A stretch of 64,000 bases of DNA from Amphiscolops sp. MND2022 (GCA_964187785.1 OZ076413.1:42596001-42660000), one strand, 5' to 3'. Numbered from the stretch's first letter, positions 1 to 13,613 are shown. Notes: generated from the sequence alone by a model not told the origin. Made by a program: numbers and translations.

Positions 1-737
1 TAGAGGTGACGACCAGACAGTCTAGACAATTACCATTAGTCTGAAGCCTGAATAGTACCTGCCAATGAACATTAAAACCATACCACTACAATTCAGTTGA
101 TGCTAAACTTTATGTTGATACAGCTTGTTACACTTAGTTGTGATTGAGATACTGAACAGCTCCTAATTTGAACGTTTCTTACAATCACTCCTTTTACGAG
201 TCTGTAACACTAGCCAACTTATTTCAGGATTTTTTAAGAATCAGTCAGCATACTCCATGATCTTGCAAGAATCAGTCAGCATAATCCATCAGTCTGCATC
301 TTGCAAGAGCTTGCTGGCTGGATACCTAGATTCTAAGGAAAATGTTTCTCAGTGTTAGTTGCATTGGATTTCAGGCTTTTAATAATTTTGAACAATGTTT
401 CCGTAGGAAAGCGAAAACCAGCAGACAACCCACACTGGTGGATTCTGGGGGTCAATGTTCGAAAATGATATCATCCGTCTCTTTTTCTGGCATTTGTTCC
501 AAAGCCACCCTCACTCCCGAAAATACCAGAGAACTTACTTGCAGGCAGCGCAGATCTTCAAGCAGGGATGTGGAAAAAAACTGAAATATTCAAAAAAAGA
601 TTCATTTACAAATAGTAAATTCCATTCCATTTTAGGAGTATATATTTAATATATTATATACCTTCGAAAACACTTAAATTTGTTAGCTATAGTTTCCGAA
701 AAAAACATTGAGTTTTTGGATTCAAACTGAAATTCAA

Positions 738-1146
738 AAAAAGACGGGAATGTCTAAGGTACAAAAAGCCTAAAGTTTTTGAAATTGTAAAAGGGGGCTC
801 TTTGGGCTTTTTGAAAATCCAGCTGTTGCAAAGTATCAAAAAGTTGGAGGGGCTCTTTGGAGACATTAAAAAAGTTCCGAAAAAAAGTTTCGCAAAGCCG
901 AAAAAAGGGGCGGGGAAAGTCTCATAGTGCTGACAAAATAGAAAAGGGGGACCCTTCTGCTTTGCAATGGTTTTGTATTTCTTGTTAGAGGCTTTGGGTG
1001 CGTTCAAAATCAAGTACTAAGTACTTTTGGTGAAAGTGCACAGTGCATAAAAAGTGGTATATACAGGGTAAGGTCTATGGTCCGACGAAAAAAAATGGCC
1101 ACTATAATAATCGGGCACTTTTCACTAGAAAAGCGCCGACTAAAAA
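738..1146 (+). mobile_element. Degenerate Helentron/DINE-1-like non-autonomous repeat
   Basis: Reverse-complement similarity to 23942-24443; ends in gggcacttttcactagaaaagcgccgactaaaaa. Confidence 0.5.
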
Positions 1147-1431
1147 TACTTGAGTTTTTGGCAGTTTCGAAAAAAGGGTTTAATGACGAGTCTACATAGC
1201 TTATTGTGTCACTTTTCTCCCTGAATTTTGCTCTCAATTTTGAATGATACATCGCCTTTCTTCATATATCATTGACAAGGAACCCTTTCGACATCTTTGT
1301 TCACTGTTAGCACTAAATTGGACCAACCATCAAAAACTGGAAGTGTTTCCGTCGACAAACCCGCGTCTGAGTTCGGGCGTCGTGGAAACAGGATATACAG
1401 TTCCAGTCCTTTGGTTCGCAGAGACCGAAAA

Positions 1432-1591
1432 ATGACCGGAAGTGACTCGTCGAAAAATGAACAACAACTGGGAGTACCTGAGAGGTGCTACAAACGACAA
1501 AAGTCTTTAACTAACTCGGAACTCAAAATTTCAGAAGATTTGGCTGAATGTTCGGTGGAAGAAATGACAATTAGATGCATACAATGCTTTG
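1432..1591 (+). CDS. RasGRP: RasGRP-like RasGEF, first visible coding exon (5' boundary uncertain)
   Basis: Encodes MTGSDSS...VEEMTIRCIQCF. Donor G|gttagt at 1592 joins in phase 1 to 5578, giving CIQCF-D-EEG, as at the start of the RasGRP REM domain. The frame is open back to about 1297, so an upstream acceptor is possible. Confidence 0.7.
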
Positions 1592-4500
1592 GTTAGTGAT
1601 TTCTAAGAACTGTTTATGATGTATGACAGTATTTAAGATGTATTGTTTCTATAATTCGCCAAGAAAATTTTCATCAAGTTCTGGAGTTCACGCTTTACGT
1701 GTTTCTGGAAAAACAATGACGTATCGGGTAGCCAGCCACACCAGAAGCAGATAACAGATTTCGCGTTTTATCAGTTTTAGCGATTTTGTATTTTGCTCCC
1801 GATGATCAATTTTGAAGAGAACGTTTCCCAAAAAAGGTATGCGGCAAAGTGGTTGAGAACATCTCGCCGATACAACTTATCAAAAACAACTCGAAATAAA
1901 ACCGGTAAACTGTTCAAAAATAAACTCGTTTAGTAATAATTAGGCGCACCCCAGTCGAGACTGCTAGAACATTTTACATACTGCAGGCCATGATCCAAGG
2001 TAATCTGTATTTGAAAAAATGTCAATTCAATGGTAATTTTTTAAGATTACATTACAGTTTCCATTACTAAAATTAAAATCGAAATTATTTCCCGTTTTGT
2101 TACTAAGGCGGCAACGGTGTTTTCACGCTTTAAATTCACAACTACTCATCTGATGCCGTCGCAGCTTCTCAAACATTTGGCTGATGATGACGCTAGTTTG
2201 CAGTTTATTTTGTGAATCAATTCGATTAGCATTGAAATGGCGATAAAATTCATAACACTTGGCTCCTTTTAAAAATAGTACTGATTTCCAACGAAACCTA
2301 CAAAACTTCAGAGCTTTGAATTGTCGTCAAATTCACAATGCTTCTTTCAAGCACCTTGACAAAGAATACAGTAATAAAAAATCAACTCATGAATGTTTGG
2401 GGTAAAAGTTTTAGAAAATCAAAGTAAGATTGTTTGCAATCTTTGAAAACTTGTTCAGAGTTCAAGCAGCTTGAACAAGGGCGAACTTCTGGAACAATTA
2501 CATCCTAAGAGTTAGATACTGAATATCCATTGAAAATAGCGTTTTATACAATGGAATCGTAATTTTTCATTTGACTGTTGACTGTTGAAGAAATGCTTTG
2601 AAAGCTGTTGAAGAATTGCGTGAAATGTCGGTCTATTTTAGTTTTCGGTGTACTAATTTTTGGTTATATTACAGTATCGTCACAAAATTAGCATAGTACC
2701 TGGCCGAGAGGTTTAACTACAACTTGAGACGAATTTTCTGCAAGATAGGATTCTTTTTAAATCGTAATTTTCGCAGCGAAAGCTTCAAACTAGATGTCGC
2801 TTCATTAACTCAAAATTGGAAGAAAAAAACCTTTGGGCGTTGCTTAAAGTCAAGACAAGTACAGGATTAAAGTCTTGAATCATGGATCATTATCAATGAA
2901 ACCAATTTTTATCAAACACTAGTACAAGGAAGCTGAGATGATTATTGGTTCAATAACCTGGCTTTCGATTGAAAATAGATCTCCGACATTATAGACTTTA
3001 CTATTGATTTGCTGTTCCGTGAAAAGGTTAATTTGTCATCTGAAGAGATCCCTCGATACTTGTATGGCCCAGTTTAAGCTGCAAAATTTTGTAGTGGCCT
3101 TCACCAGAGCTCATCATTTTAAATCAAATGTATTAAGATTTTCCAGTCACAATTCTCTGAGGTAAATCCAATTATCGTTTTCTGTCTTTTTTTCAATTCT
3201 ACACAGGAATTTCTTTGTGTCAACGGGAGCTCCTGTCCATTGAAATCAGTGTATGCTGTGCTAAAATCCTGAAAGTGTTTTTATCATTCAGAAAAATATC
3301 CAATGCACGAAACAGGCATCTTCCCAGATGAAAATCCATATCAATCTTTTCGGGTGATTTAAAATGAAAATGAGAATTTATGCGAATGTGCGTATATCAA
3401 GACAATTTACAAGTCACAAAAAGATTCAGTTTTAAAAATTACTTTAATACTTTTATCGATATCGCTTGAAAACGGTTTTCATAGGTGCAGAAAAAGCATA
3501 CTTTAGTTGAAATACTACTGCTCCAAGCTAACTCTTTACAAGTTTTTCAATGCCTCAAATTCATACCGAAATTGACTAAAATTCCAAAAATTTAGAGTTT
3601 CAACGGTTTTGTGCAATTTTCGTCAAACTTTTGATACACTTGCTAGCTTAAAACGTTCAACAAGGAAAGAATTTGATTTCCAAGAGGCTTGGTTGTAGAT
3701 ATAAAAGCAATTTGTTTTGAATAAAATGCCTCAAATTCACACCGAAATTGACAAACATCCCAAAAGTTCAGATTTTTATAGTGTTCTTGCATTTTTTGTC
3801 CCTTTTTTGAAAGACTTGGTGGCTTAGTCTTCACAGTAAACGCAGTTTTCTAATGAAAAAAGGCTCAAATTGCGACCAAAAGTGACAAAAACTGCATATC
3901 ATACCAATTTTTTATGTTTTTATTGAACTTTTGTCGAATTATTCAGAGATTTAAGAGATCAGAACATTGGAAGCGTTCAACAACGAATGAACTGGATGAC
4001 TAATAGGGTTGTTTGAGAAGACAAATGCAGTTTTGTAAAAAAAAATTGCCAAAATGCCCCCATAATATTCAAAAAAAGTTTTACAACTTTGGATTTTCCA
4101 TTGCAAATTTTGTAAACTTCTAAACGTTTTCATGAAATCGAACTCAGAAATAGTTCAACAACAACTGAATACGTTGTCCAGTAGGCTTTTTGAGGGGAGA
4201 AATGCCTGTTTCTGTTAAAAATGTGTTTCAATTTGTAACAAAAATTGTCGAAAAGTCCAAAACTTTTCTGTTTTTGTAGAATCTTCATATTTGAGTACAA
4301 TTTTTGAGAATTTTTGTGGGTTAGATGGTTCAAAACAATCCAAGGCGAACGAATCAGGTATGTAGTGTCGTTTTCTGATGAGAAAATTACAGTGTTCTAA
4401 CTCCGAAATATTTCAAAACGACACAAGTTAGTCGGAAAGTAGAAAAAAGTGTAAATGCTCTTGTGCAGAGTCTGTGAACTTTTCGAAACGTTTCGAGTGT

Positions 4501-5577
4501 TAGAAAAAGGAATGGTCCAACAACAAATGCAGTCATTATCCAGTTAACTTTTGTGGGAGCTATTTGCTGATTTGAGTTTGGAAGAAGTCTCAATATGAAA
4601 CGAAAAAAGTACAAAAGATCGAACTCTCATTTTTTTGACAATTTTAGTGATTGTTAGTAAACCTTTCCGTTAGTGATTTTTCCTAAAGTTCCAGAAAAAC
4701 AATTTAGGCTATGCAGTACGCCTTTTGAAGGAAAACCTTGCAGTTTTCTAGGTAGAACATTATCTCAGAATGACTCCAAATGAGTCGAGAATCCAAAACT
4801 GTTCCGAAAAACGAATTTTGTTGGAATTTTCGTAAGTTTCATATATTCATATTGAAGAAAACATTCAACGGGAACCAAGCGCAAAATAGAGTAGACTTTT
4901 TGAAAATTTTATGTCAGTTTCATTTTCAAAAAGAGCTTCAAAATGACCCCAGAGTAATCAAAACGTCACAAAATTTCAATATTTTTGACGTTTCTAACCC
5001 ATTTTGGATATTCTCGCCCGCGAAAGTTTTCGGAAACTGTACAAAAATTGCAAAAAGGTTTCAAATTGAAACAATTTTTGACTATTTTGGTCATAAGCTC
5101 TTCTTGACGGTTATGGTTTGTTTTGGGGTCTTTTGGTTATAACCAAAAAACTCAACTCCTGAAATCTCATAAAATACCAATCGGACAAAACCAAGTTATG
5201 CCATTTGAGTTCTATGGGACAACCCCTTCAATATGGATATTACATTGGCACATTTCTTTAAAAACTCGCAACTCAGTTAGTAATTTTCTTTTTCCAAATG
5301 TAAACAGGGACCAAAAATAACACTGATTGGTTGAAAACAAGTTCCAGATATCACAGTTTGATTTTGGTACGAGTCATATTGCATCTTTGAAGTAGTATCA
5401 TACTGCAGTCTGGTGTCCATGACAACAACCTGTTCCACCCGCAACAACTTGAGGTACTTTATAAGCAACAATAAAGCCAAGATTTTGTTAGCTCGAAGCT
5501 ATCGTTTAAAGAAACTCGGATTGAACTCTAGCGTTTGTATATGAAAACTAAATTTCAGTTCCTGTGTTTGCTTGTAG

Positions 5578-5803
5578 ATGAAGAAGGCGAGTTGGACACG
5601 GATTGGGTCGAATTTCCCGCCACTTTTTTCCTCATGCACGCGTGGTTCATACCCTCGGAGAGCTTGGTTGAGATACTGTGGAAGCTGTACGAGAAGATCA
5701 GAAAGGAGTACGCATGTGAGTGTGTGCTGCCTTGTAAGCACAAGTCAAAGAAGAACAAAACCGAACTGGAACGAAGACTTCTTCAACTCGGTCACGCGAT
5801 AAG
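5578..5803 (+). CDS. RasGRP: RasGRP-like exon (REM/RasGEF_N domain)
   Basis: ttgtag| acceptor and AG|gtctgt donor; encodes DEEGELDTDWVEFPATFFLMHAWFIPSESLVEILWKLY...LGHAIR. Confidence 0.88.
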
Positions 5804-6690
5804 GTCTGTAATTATAAAAAATCAAGACGTTCGCCTGCCAAACTAACACGTGAAACTCCTGCTTAGAAGAAAACGAAGATCTTGCAAGAGTTTTCTAATG
5901 AGCTTCGAGACAGTGCATGGACTGGCCATGTTTCTGTCAAGATTCCTGCCAGATTCGTCTGATCTTGTTGCTTTTTTGTACAATAAAATTCGTCTTCAAG
6001 TTGCAAGATTCTTTCAAGACATTATATCATTTTAAAAAATTCTTGCAGAAAACATGCCAGGACTAGTTTTCGTTGTTTCTCATCAATCTCTAGGTCATCA
6101 CAGTTAACCTACCAAAAATCAGGAATAAAGTAACCGCATGGTATAAATCTGTGGACAATATGTACAGTTACATACAATTCGTACATTGAACCATCACATA
6201 TGTGCATGCATGTTTTCCATATGTTTCCATACATGGAAATATACGGTCCATCGTATGGTATCATGTGGTCTGCATGAAACCGACGGGCTGCATTAAATGT
6301 TCGGACCATTTTTTAAAATTTTCCCTACAGATACACCTCGTTTCTTATTTTTCCCCAACACAAAAACATCTTCTATGCTTGAAAAAACTTCTTAGGCGAA
6401 TGAAAGAAATTAATATGGCTATAAATACTTAGAGGATTGTCACAATAATTGTTTCGACACTTGAACCAAAAATTATCCGGAGTTTTTGATATTTTTCTAA
6501 CAAAAAAGCAAAAATTCATCTCTTGAACAAGTTAAAATTGTATATGAAAGCCCCTGTTTTAACCCAATTTTTCATAAGATATTATTTCATTTTTTCGATA
6601 CATGCAGTTCATGTGATTAGGCAGGCGGTTTATCATCTGATCCAAGTTCTCTATGAAGTTTCCAAGTGAAATTGCAGTGTGAGATTTCAG

Positions 6691-6825
6691 GTATTGGGTC
6701 AAGACGTTTCCAGTGCAGTTTGAGCTGGACCAGGACTTGTCCAAGTCAATGGAGAGTTTCCAGGATGCTGTCAAGAAAGACGCCGTCAACGAGGCATTCA
6801 TCAGCCTTATAGACATCTCTAACTC
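6691..6825 (+). CDS. RasGRP: RasGRP-like exon (end of REM domain)
   Basis: tttcag| acceptor and TC|gttagt donor; encodes R-YWVKTFPVQFELDQDL...SLIDISN; phases 2/2 fit both neighbours. Confidence 0.88.
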
Positions 6826-8673
6826 GTTAGTTATTACACTTTTAAACTGGAAAATGACCAAGTGAGGGCTTCGTCAAAAAATGGATCCAATGTTTAATAA
6901 ATATTCAAAAAGTATATATACTTTTTGATATGTCTATTTTTTGATGAAGCCGATTTCTTGAATGTATATCTCCAATGTATATATTATCTCCAATACTATA
7001 TCTTCAAAAAACTTGCGCCTTCAAAATGTCATCATTTCATGACGACAGGAATTTTGAACCTCAAAAAGTGATGCTACAAATGTATTATATAAATATGGGA
7101 AGCAAATCGTTCACGCAAGGACGTCAAGAATGTCGTTTCCCCACAAAGAGACCATAACTAACGTCAAAGCCTATAGAGCTACTGAACTGTCAATTCATCA
7201 TTAATCATTGAAGATACATTTTACATGATTAGTGAAAATAGACAAATCGAAATCATCGCAGCCTCGAATAATGCATTGCCAATCACATCCATACTAATAA
7301 AAGGCCCAAAAAATCAAATAGCTTGAAAGCAATTTTTATGAGTCAAATCTGCGAAATTTTTCTTTGAAACCTATTGACCCTTGACAAAAAAAGACAGAAA
7401 AGCAAAAAATTCGTTGTGATCTAAATTTAGAAGTTACATTAATTTTCAAGTAAACCATCGAAATTGAGTGTTGGGTTCATGTAAATGAACCTGAATGCGG
7501 TTACGCCATAATGCAAAAGTGACGTAATTAAAGCGCAGAGGGAATTTTCTTCAGAGTGTAATTACATCTGCAGGGATTTCTGTTCCACACTTTCGCTTCA
7601 ATTACGCGTCTCTTGTGAGTATACTCCGTTTAAGGAGCTGTTGCCTTTTTGAAAAAAGCTGCTCTTTCTGCGCAGGTATCTAAATGACCAGTATAAAAAT
7701 AGAATTTGAACTAGTTGGGGTTTTGTATAAGAATGCAACCATTCTTTGATTTCTTTGCAAAAAAAAAACGTTTGGGTCGAATTCGTTTAGCTGAAGATTT
7801 TCTGAATACATGAATGATCAGGACACCAGTAGGTGTTAAAAAAGGTACAGTGTTTGCAGACGACACGGCATTACCCTGGATGAAGTTAAACGCAAATCTA
7901 CAAAGATTCTTGCCAATTTCTTGCATTTGAAGGCTATCTTGCAAGATTTGGAACCTAAATTCAAATCTTGCAATATTTTTCAGTTATATGCAAATCTTAC
8001 AAGATATCTTACAAGACTCTTGAAAGAAAAACATTTTGCTGCAAATATCTTGCAAGATTTCTGAAAAATTTGAAAAATTTGAAGTTTGGGCGCGGCCATG
8101 TTGAATTTCATCATTTTTGCTTGTCATAATTTTCGGATGGCCAAAACGGTAAATTTTAGAGGTGCACCGGAACAGGAATTATTTGTCCGGCCGGAACCCG
8201 ACCGGAACAGGAATTTTAAAGCCCAATCTTACCGGAACCTACCACTAACAGAGAGCCTCCAACCCAGAATAAGACATTTCGCAATTACTGAATGCTTTGC
8301 TTTTAGTCATTAGAGTGCATAGGCTAGCCTAAATTGCTCAAAGCGCAACTTTGTGCTTTCAATACCTCGGATTCCACGACCATACCTTTAACCGTGCAAA
8401 ATTGGCAAATTACGTCATATGTCCCGGATTCCACGGATTTCGTCGTGGATTCCAGTAACAAATGCTTAGCTGTGCGCACTGTTCGCTGTTTTCGGCATGT
8501 TTCTTGCTGAGTTGTCCAAGGAACTGGGTAATTACGCCACGAAGCACCTCAAGAACATTTGTCTGAAACCAAAAAGATCGTTCAGTTGCAAGGGCACAAA
8601 GAAAAGGTCTTCCTCTACTCCTGAACTTTGTCGAACAACCGCAAAAAAACTCGAAAGAATTTTTGCGGAAAGC

Positions 8674-9151
8674 ATCCCATGTTGAGCTTTCCTTGAGAAT
8701 CTGTACAGATCTGTGAGCCTTTTTTCCTTGAGGATCTGTAAAGATCGTGCCACTGATACGTTAGGATAACTGCAGATCTGCAAGGATCTTTGAGGATGTT
8801 CAAGGATTTTCTGTACAGATTTTTCAGGAAATTTTTTCCGGAGTTCCTGGAAAACAATGTATTGCATTTTTGGGCTTCTTCAAAAAGTATTTTAGCTGAC
8901 CAAGGCTAAGTCAGTTAAAACTCTCTATCACTCGAAATTCTTGAGCAGGAAAGTGTGTCCCCATCACGGACAGAAACCCATACAGAAACTTTTTAAAATT
9001 TTCAATCGAGAGACGTGTTTATCTTGTAGAGCACTTTTTATTCAACAAATATTTAAATTTCAAATTGTATTTAAGACTGGTTAAATTTCTACAAATCCTG
9101 GAATATCTGTCAGGATCTGTACAGATTCGCAGGGAGTGCTCAACATGGGAT
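8674..9151. mobile_element. MITE with ~38-bp imperfect terminal inverted repeats
   Basis: Left end atcccatgttgagctttccttgagaatctgtacagatc; the right end reverse-complements to atcccatgttgagcactccctgcgaatctgtacagatc. Internal ctgtacagat repeats. Confidence 0.8.
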
Positions 9152-12100
9152 ATAACAAACTGACTGACTAAAATTGATACCTACTGATTTCAAAAATATG
9201 AGTCTATTTCAAGCCGAACACTACCAATAAATTTTTAAAATGTTTTGGACAACAGACATTTTTTTCAATGTTGTTTTGAATTGTAGACAGTTGGTTCAAA
9301 GTCTCGTTATGAATGGATTAAGAAGTCTTGTGATATCTCAGACTGCATCCGCGAACTGATAACAGCAAAGCATGGATGACAAGAGAGCTGTTTGAAACTT
9401 GTCTTTGCAAATTGAGTTTTGAAATGGGCATCATAAATGGTCAATTGCATCGACAACTGACATCTTCTTTGCTCATAACGTTAACAATTATGGTTCCTAC
9501 TCAAATGTAAAATTTTCTTCCTACAACTGAAAACAAATTCACAAATACAGCTGCCTGGCGCGTGTATGGTTCGGAGCTTGAAGTGTCACTATCGGAAACA
9601 ATTGTATCGAAATTGGGATGTCATTTAAAACTAACTTACTGCAATGTCTGTGTATCTCACAAAGTTTTTGGGATAGAGTCACACCCCAGAAAATAGTCAC
9701 GCCCCTTTTTTTCTGCCAGCAATCTAAACGGTCGGACGAAATTGCTGGCTACGTGGAAGAGGCTGTTTCCATTGTGGAGCCGCGCGAAATTATCACCGAA
9801 AATAATATCATTTCTTTGGATGCAGAGTTGATGACATCAAATCCTCGATTAGAAGTCACCGCTTGCCCACAAGCAACCCTTGTTCAAGAGGAGATCGATG
9901 ACTCTGTGTCCGTGTCAGAAAATGAACGGGATGTGCTAATTCGTAAAGTTACCTTGCAGGATGTTTTAGAAGCTTTTCCACTTCTGGAGGACTACTTTGC
10001 CAAATTGGAAGAAACCTGGACACCTGTTTTGAGCTTTCGGGCTGTGCCAGTTCGCACTGACAAAACGGATTGAAAATATGACTCAAACTACAATGCTTCA
10101 TCATTTTACGCCTACATAGAGAAAACTTTGAGTCTTGTCACTTTTTCAAATATTTCGAATAGTGACATTAGACGGTGTTTTAAAAATATCATGTTCGTCT
10201 AATATCACTGTGTTTACTCTGCCCCGGCAAGGTGACATTAGAGCAAACTTTTTGTAAATCGTAAAATTTTCATACAATTGTAAAACCGTGTTCGAACTTT
10301 GTAAACCCTGCCAAAAAGCCTTTGCGTGGAGTCAAAAAATTTTGAAAGAGTGAATGAAAAAGATCACTCGATTGACCACAGACGACAAAAGGCGTTAAAT
10401 GTCAGCTAGTGTAGTTCTCAAGCAGCGGTTCGATTCAACCATTCAGAAATTTAATGAATTTTCAGTTTCTCTCTCTCTGTTGCGAACAAGTATTCAGTAA
10501 TTACTTTTCCTTTACCTTTACATTACTTCAAGGGACTGATAAGTCCGAAGAACGTTTTGAACTTTCCTGAACATTCTATTGAGGACGAAAATTTAGTTAA
10601 AATGATCAGTCAATGCTTTATACATCTCACATAATTAGCGTTAGAACAAGGAAAATTTTATATTCATTCAAAAGGTTATAAAACTTACTAAAATGTTACT
10701 AATCAACTCTTGAGCAAATTATCATGTTTAGCAAACCACTAATTAGTTTTGTATCCTGAATCAGGAGTAAAGAAGTCAATCCCCAATCAGAGTAAAAACT
10801 TCAGTTACAGCATGCAATGGAACAGTAGCAAAAAAAGCGATAAAGCTAAAATTGCTCCGAAGTTTTTTTATAATGCTCAAAGGCAGTTGTCCAGAAAAAA
10901 ACTCAAAAAAGCTCTGAAGCTTAAAAAAATCTCCAAAGCAGGGTATCCTTCGGGCTAGAAAAACGCTTTCTATAAATTGGAAATAGCATAAAATAGATTG
11001 TGAGTAATCAAGAACTTCGGAAAAATATTTGAATGTAAAAAAAAACACCGACCAAATAATTTTCTATCTAGCATCTTTCAATCTACAGTAAATTAGTAGC
11101 TTCTTGTTTAGATCTACTTTTGTCTCCGAGAATTCTCAGTCGGCACACTTGCTCGAATGGATGAATATCTCAAAACATAATTTTAGGCTTTAGAGCTGAC
11201 AGAGACTTTCCAGCTCTGTGAAGCTACAATAAAATGCATCCTACGTTTAGCGGCAATGTGAAGCCATCAATTTTTCATGTTTATGAACACTCATTTTAAT
11301 GTTGCATGCAACTAAGTCCTCCACAATTTTTGTTCCCAAAAAAGCAAAGCAACATCAGATGCATATTCTAAAGCAACTACATATTTGAGTAACGGTGGTT
11401 GCATTAATTATGAGAGGCGAGTGAATCGAAATATCTAAATTCGTTGCAAACATTGTTGCCCCTCCAAGGAACTCGTGATACGATCACATCCCCATCACGC
11501 CTAATTCTTAGTCGTGATCGCGCGATTTCATATAACCATTGGTGTGATGTCGTTGTGAGATCGTATGACGATACGTATGACTAAAATACTTTGTTACGCT
11601 AGCAATTCAAAAGCGTCACTCCGCCCTAGTTGAAACTGCTTGAAATTTTTATATGATTTCATAGGCTGCAAAAGACTTTTAGCATGGTTTTTGGAGTTTC
11701 ATAGAGAATCATCAATGCAAAATATTTCCCTGATGCAACGCTATTTCTTCGGGCATTTATTAGGATTTCTATACAATTTGGCAGATTTTCAGAGCAACAT
11801 CGAAGAAATTAAAGAAAAAGTTCTGTCGCGGGCTGCCGCCTGCGATGGAAACTTCTACACTATAAGTTATAGTTGCCATCAAGACCTTCCCGGCACTCTC
11901 CCCTTGAACTAAAACTATTTTTCAGCAATTTCACCATTCAATGTTGTTAAGTTGATGTTTAATATTATTATCCGTATCACTTGTAAAATTAGTACTCTTA
12001 GTCCATTTTATTATTGTGCACATGTAAAAGTGCAATACGCTATTAATTGAGTTAATAATTGGACACCAAGGCGTACAGGCAAAGGAAACGTGTTCAAATG

Positions 12101-12435
12101 TTCCTTTGCTTGTCGCCTTGGACTAGCAGTCCACGAGAGTATTAGCCAATCAGAGCGCAGCATACTTGCAAACCACTACTATATTGTGCAGTATCTATTT
12201 ATATTGTCGATGCTATGGCGGTTGGACTACCAGTCCACTTTGAAAGGAAGGCTATACTCAGTGTTATGGTCAATAAAGTAGTACGGCCATTAAGGCTAAT
12301 AGTAAGCTGTCTCAGTGAAAATGCATGTACTTTGATTAAAGTTCATCCTTGAGATCATAATGGACTCTTAGTCCTTTCCCCCTTTGTTCCCAAACTTTCC
12401 TGAATGAAGAACTAATTGGGCAATTTATATAATGA

Positions 12436-12635
12436 NNNNNNNNNNNNNNNNNNNNNNNNNNNNNNNNNNNNNNNNNNNNNNNNNNNNNNNNNNNNNNNNN
12501 NNNNNNNNNNNNNNNNNNNNNNNNNNNNNNNNNNNNNNNNNNNNNNNNNNNNNNNNNNNNNNNNNNNNNNNNNNNNNNNNNNNNNNNNNNNNNNNNNNNN
12601 NNNNNNNNNNNNNNNNNNNNNNNNNNNNNNNNNNN
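12436..12635. other. Assembly gap (200 N)
   Basis: Run of exactly 200 N. Confidence 1.
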
Positions 12636-12781
12636 GTTACATCATGGCAGTTGCTCTTTTTAGAATTACATCATTCCGTTTGTAAGACACGTTGTCCTTT
12701 ACGGCTATTTTTAGAATTTTGTTGCTAAAATTAGATTGATGACTCCTAATATTTTGAATGTCATGCAAGGCTAATTATAAA

Positions 12782-13077
12782 TGTTGCGGTAGCAATATCG
12801 TTAATTTAAAATAAACAAATAATAAGGCGCTATAGCATAGAGGATGCGCGTTAGCCTTCCGGTCATAAGGTCTCGGGTTCGACTCCCGGACATGTAAAAT
12901 ATTTTATATTTTGGAAATATTTCTCCAATTTCGGTAAAAATACTCTCGAAAAGGCCTTGCTATTCAGATTAAAAAGTGACTCATATTCTCATGTTTGTGT
13001 GATCAAGTTTTCGTTTTGGCGGTGATAATCTTCTCATTCAATTCATTGTTATTTGTTTTGATCTCCCATATTCAACA
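12782..13077 (+). repeat. BEL 5' LTR (TGTTG...CAACA)
   Basis: Matches 20109-20379 over the first ~271 bp. Inverted termini TGTTG/CAACA; the 3' end could alternatively extend to 13133. Confidence 0.8.
12826..12896 (+). ncRNA. tRNA-derived (Gly-TCC-like) sequence with Pol III A/B boxes in BEL 5' LTR
   Basis: A box TAGCATAGAGG, GCCTTCC anticodon-arm-like stretch, T-arm/B box CGGGTTCGACTCCCG. The acceptor stem does not pair well. Confidence 0.7.
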
Positions 13078-13133
13078 ATATTCTGTATTTCTTTTAATTC
13101 GAATCTTAGTTATCGAGAACCAAGGATTTTAAA

Positions 13134-13150
13134 TGGTGGCCATTGAGAGG
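13134..13150 (+). promoter_or_regulatory. Putative primer-binding site of BEL element (possibly tRNA-Ile-like)
   Basis: TGGTGGCCATTGAGAGG starts with TGG, complementary to tRNA CCA. The tRNA identity is tentative. Confidence 0.55.
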
Positions 13151-13613
13151 CAGAACTTCCTCACAGAATTCACGGTCTCGATCTTTTGGAGGAGGGTCCA
13201 CCACAGCGCCTTCGTTTAAACTAGCAGACGTCGGCGATCTCAGTGACGCCAGTTTTGCCACCCTCAACGGAGAGGAAAGATCTCGATTTCTGAGTCAAGT
13301 CAAACAGGCCCACTTAGACAGCGCCCGATCCGGGGACCGCAATTATCTAGCAGCGTTCGAAACACAGTTCGCAGACTATGAGAGAAACCCAGACGAGTCC
13401 CGAATCGACGATCTATCAGTTGCCAAATCCGAACACTTATCACAACACTCGAATTGCGATAAAGATCTCTACCACAAATACTGCTTCGAAGAAGACTGGC
13501 CGCCTAAAGAGCACCAGAAGAGCGCCAGTTTTGCCGGATCAAAGTCTGGTTCCAGAGCAGGTTCCAGACCTCAGTCCAATCTAGACTGGTATTTTAAAAA
13601 CCGGTATTTTTAA
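13143..13613 (+). CDS. BEL accessory ORF0, Ser/Arg-rich ends, unknown function
   Basis: 156-codon, GC-richer open frame right after the PBS; it has no in-frame ATG (TTG start). Confidence 0.4.
   Translation: MRGRTSSQNSRSRSFGGGSTTAPSFKLADVGDLSDASFATLNGEERSRFLSQVKQAHLDSARSGDRNYLAAFETQFADYERNPDESRIDDLSVAKSEHLSQHSNCDKDLYHKYCFEEDWPPKEHQKSASFAGSKSGSRAGSRPQSNLDWYFKNRYF

Noticed and set aside
230..8070. Clusters of ATCTTGCAAGA palindromes (~230-330, 5880-6050, 7900-8070) as regulatory sites
   Set aside because: Most likely internal repeats of a decayed MITE family; boundaries could not be defined.
12416..12728. ORFs spanning X runs
   Set aside because: Artefacts of the N gap.
12826..12896. Functional tRNA gene or self-encoded primer
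   Set aside because: Acceptor and anticodon stems pair poorly, and the 3' end is not complementary to the element's PBS.
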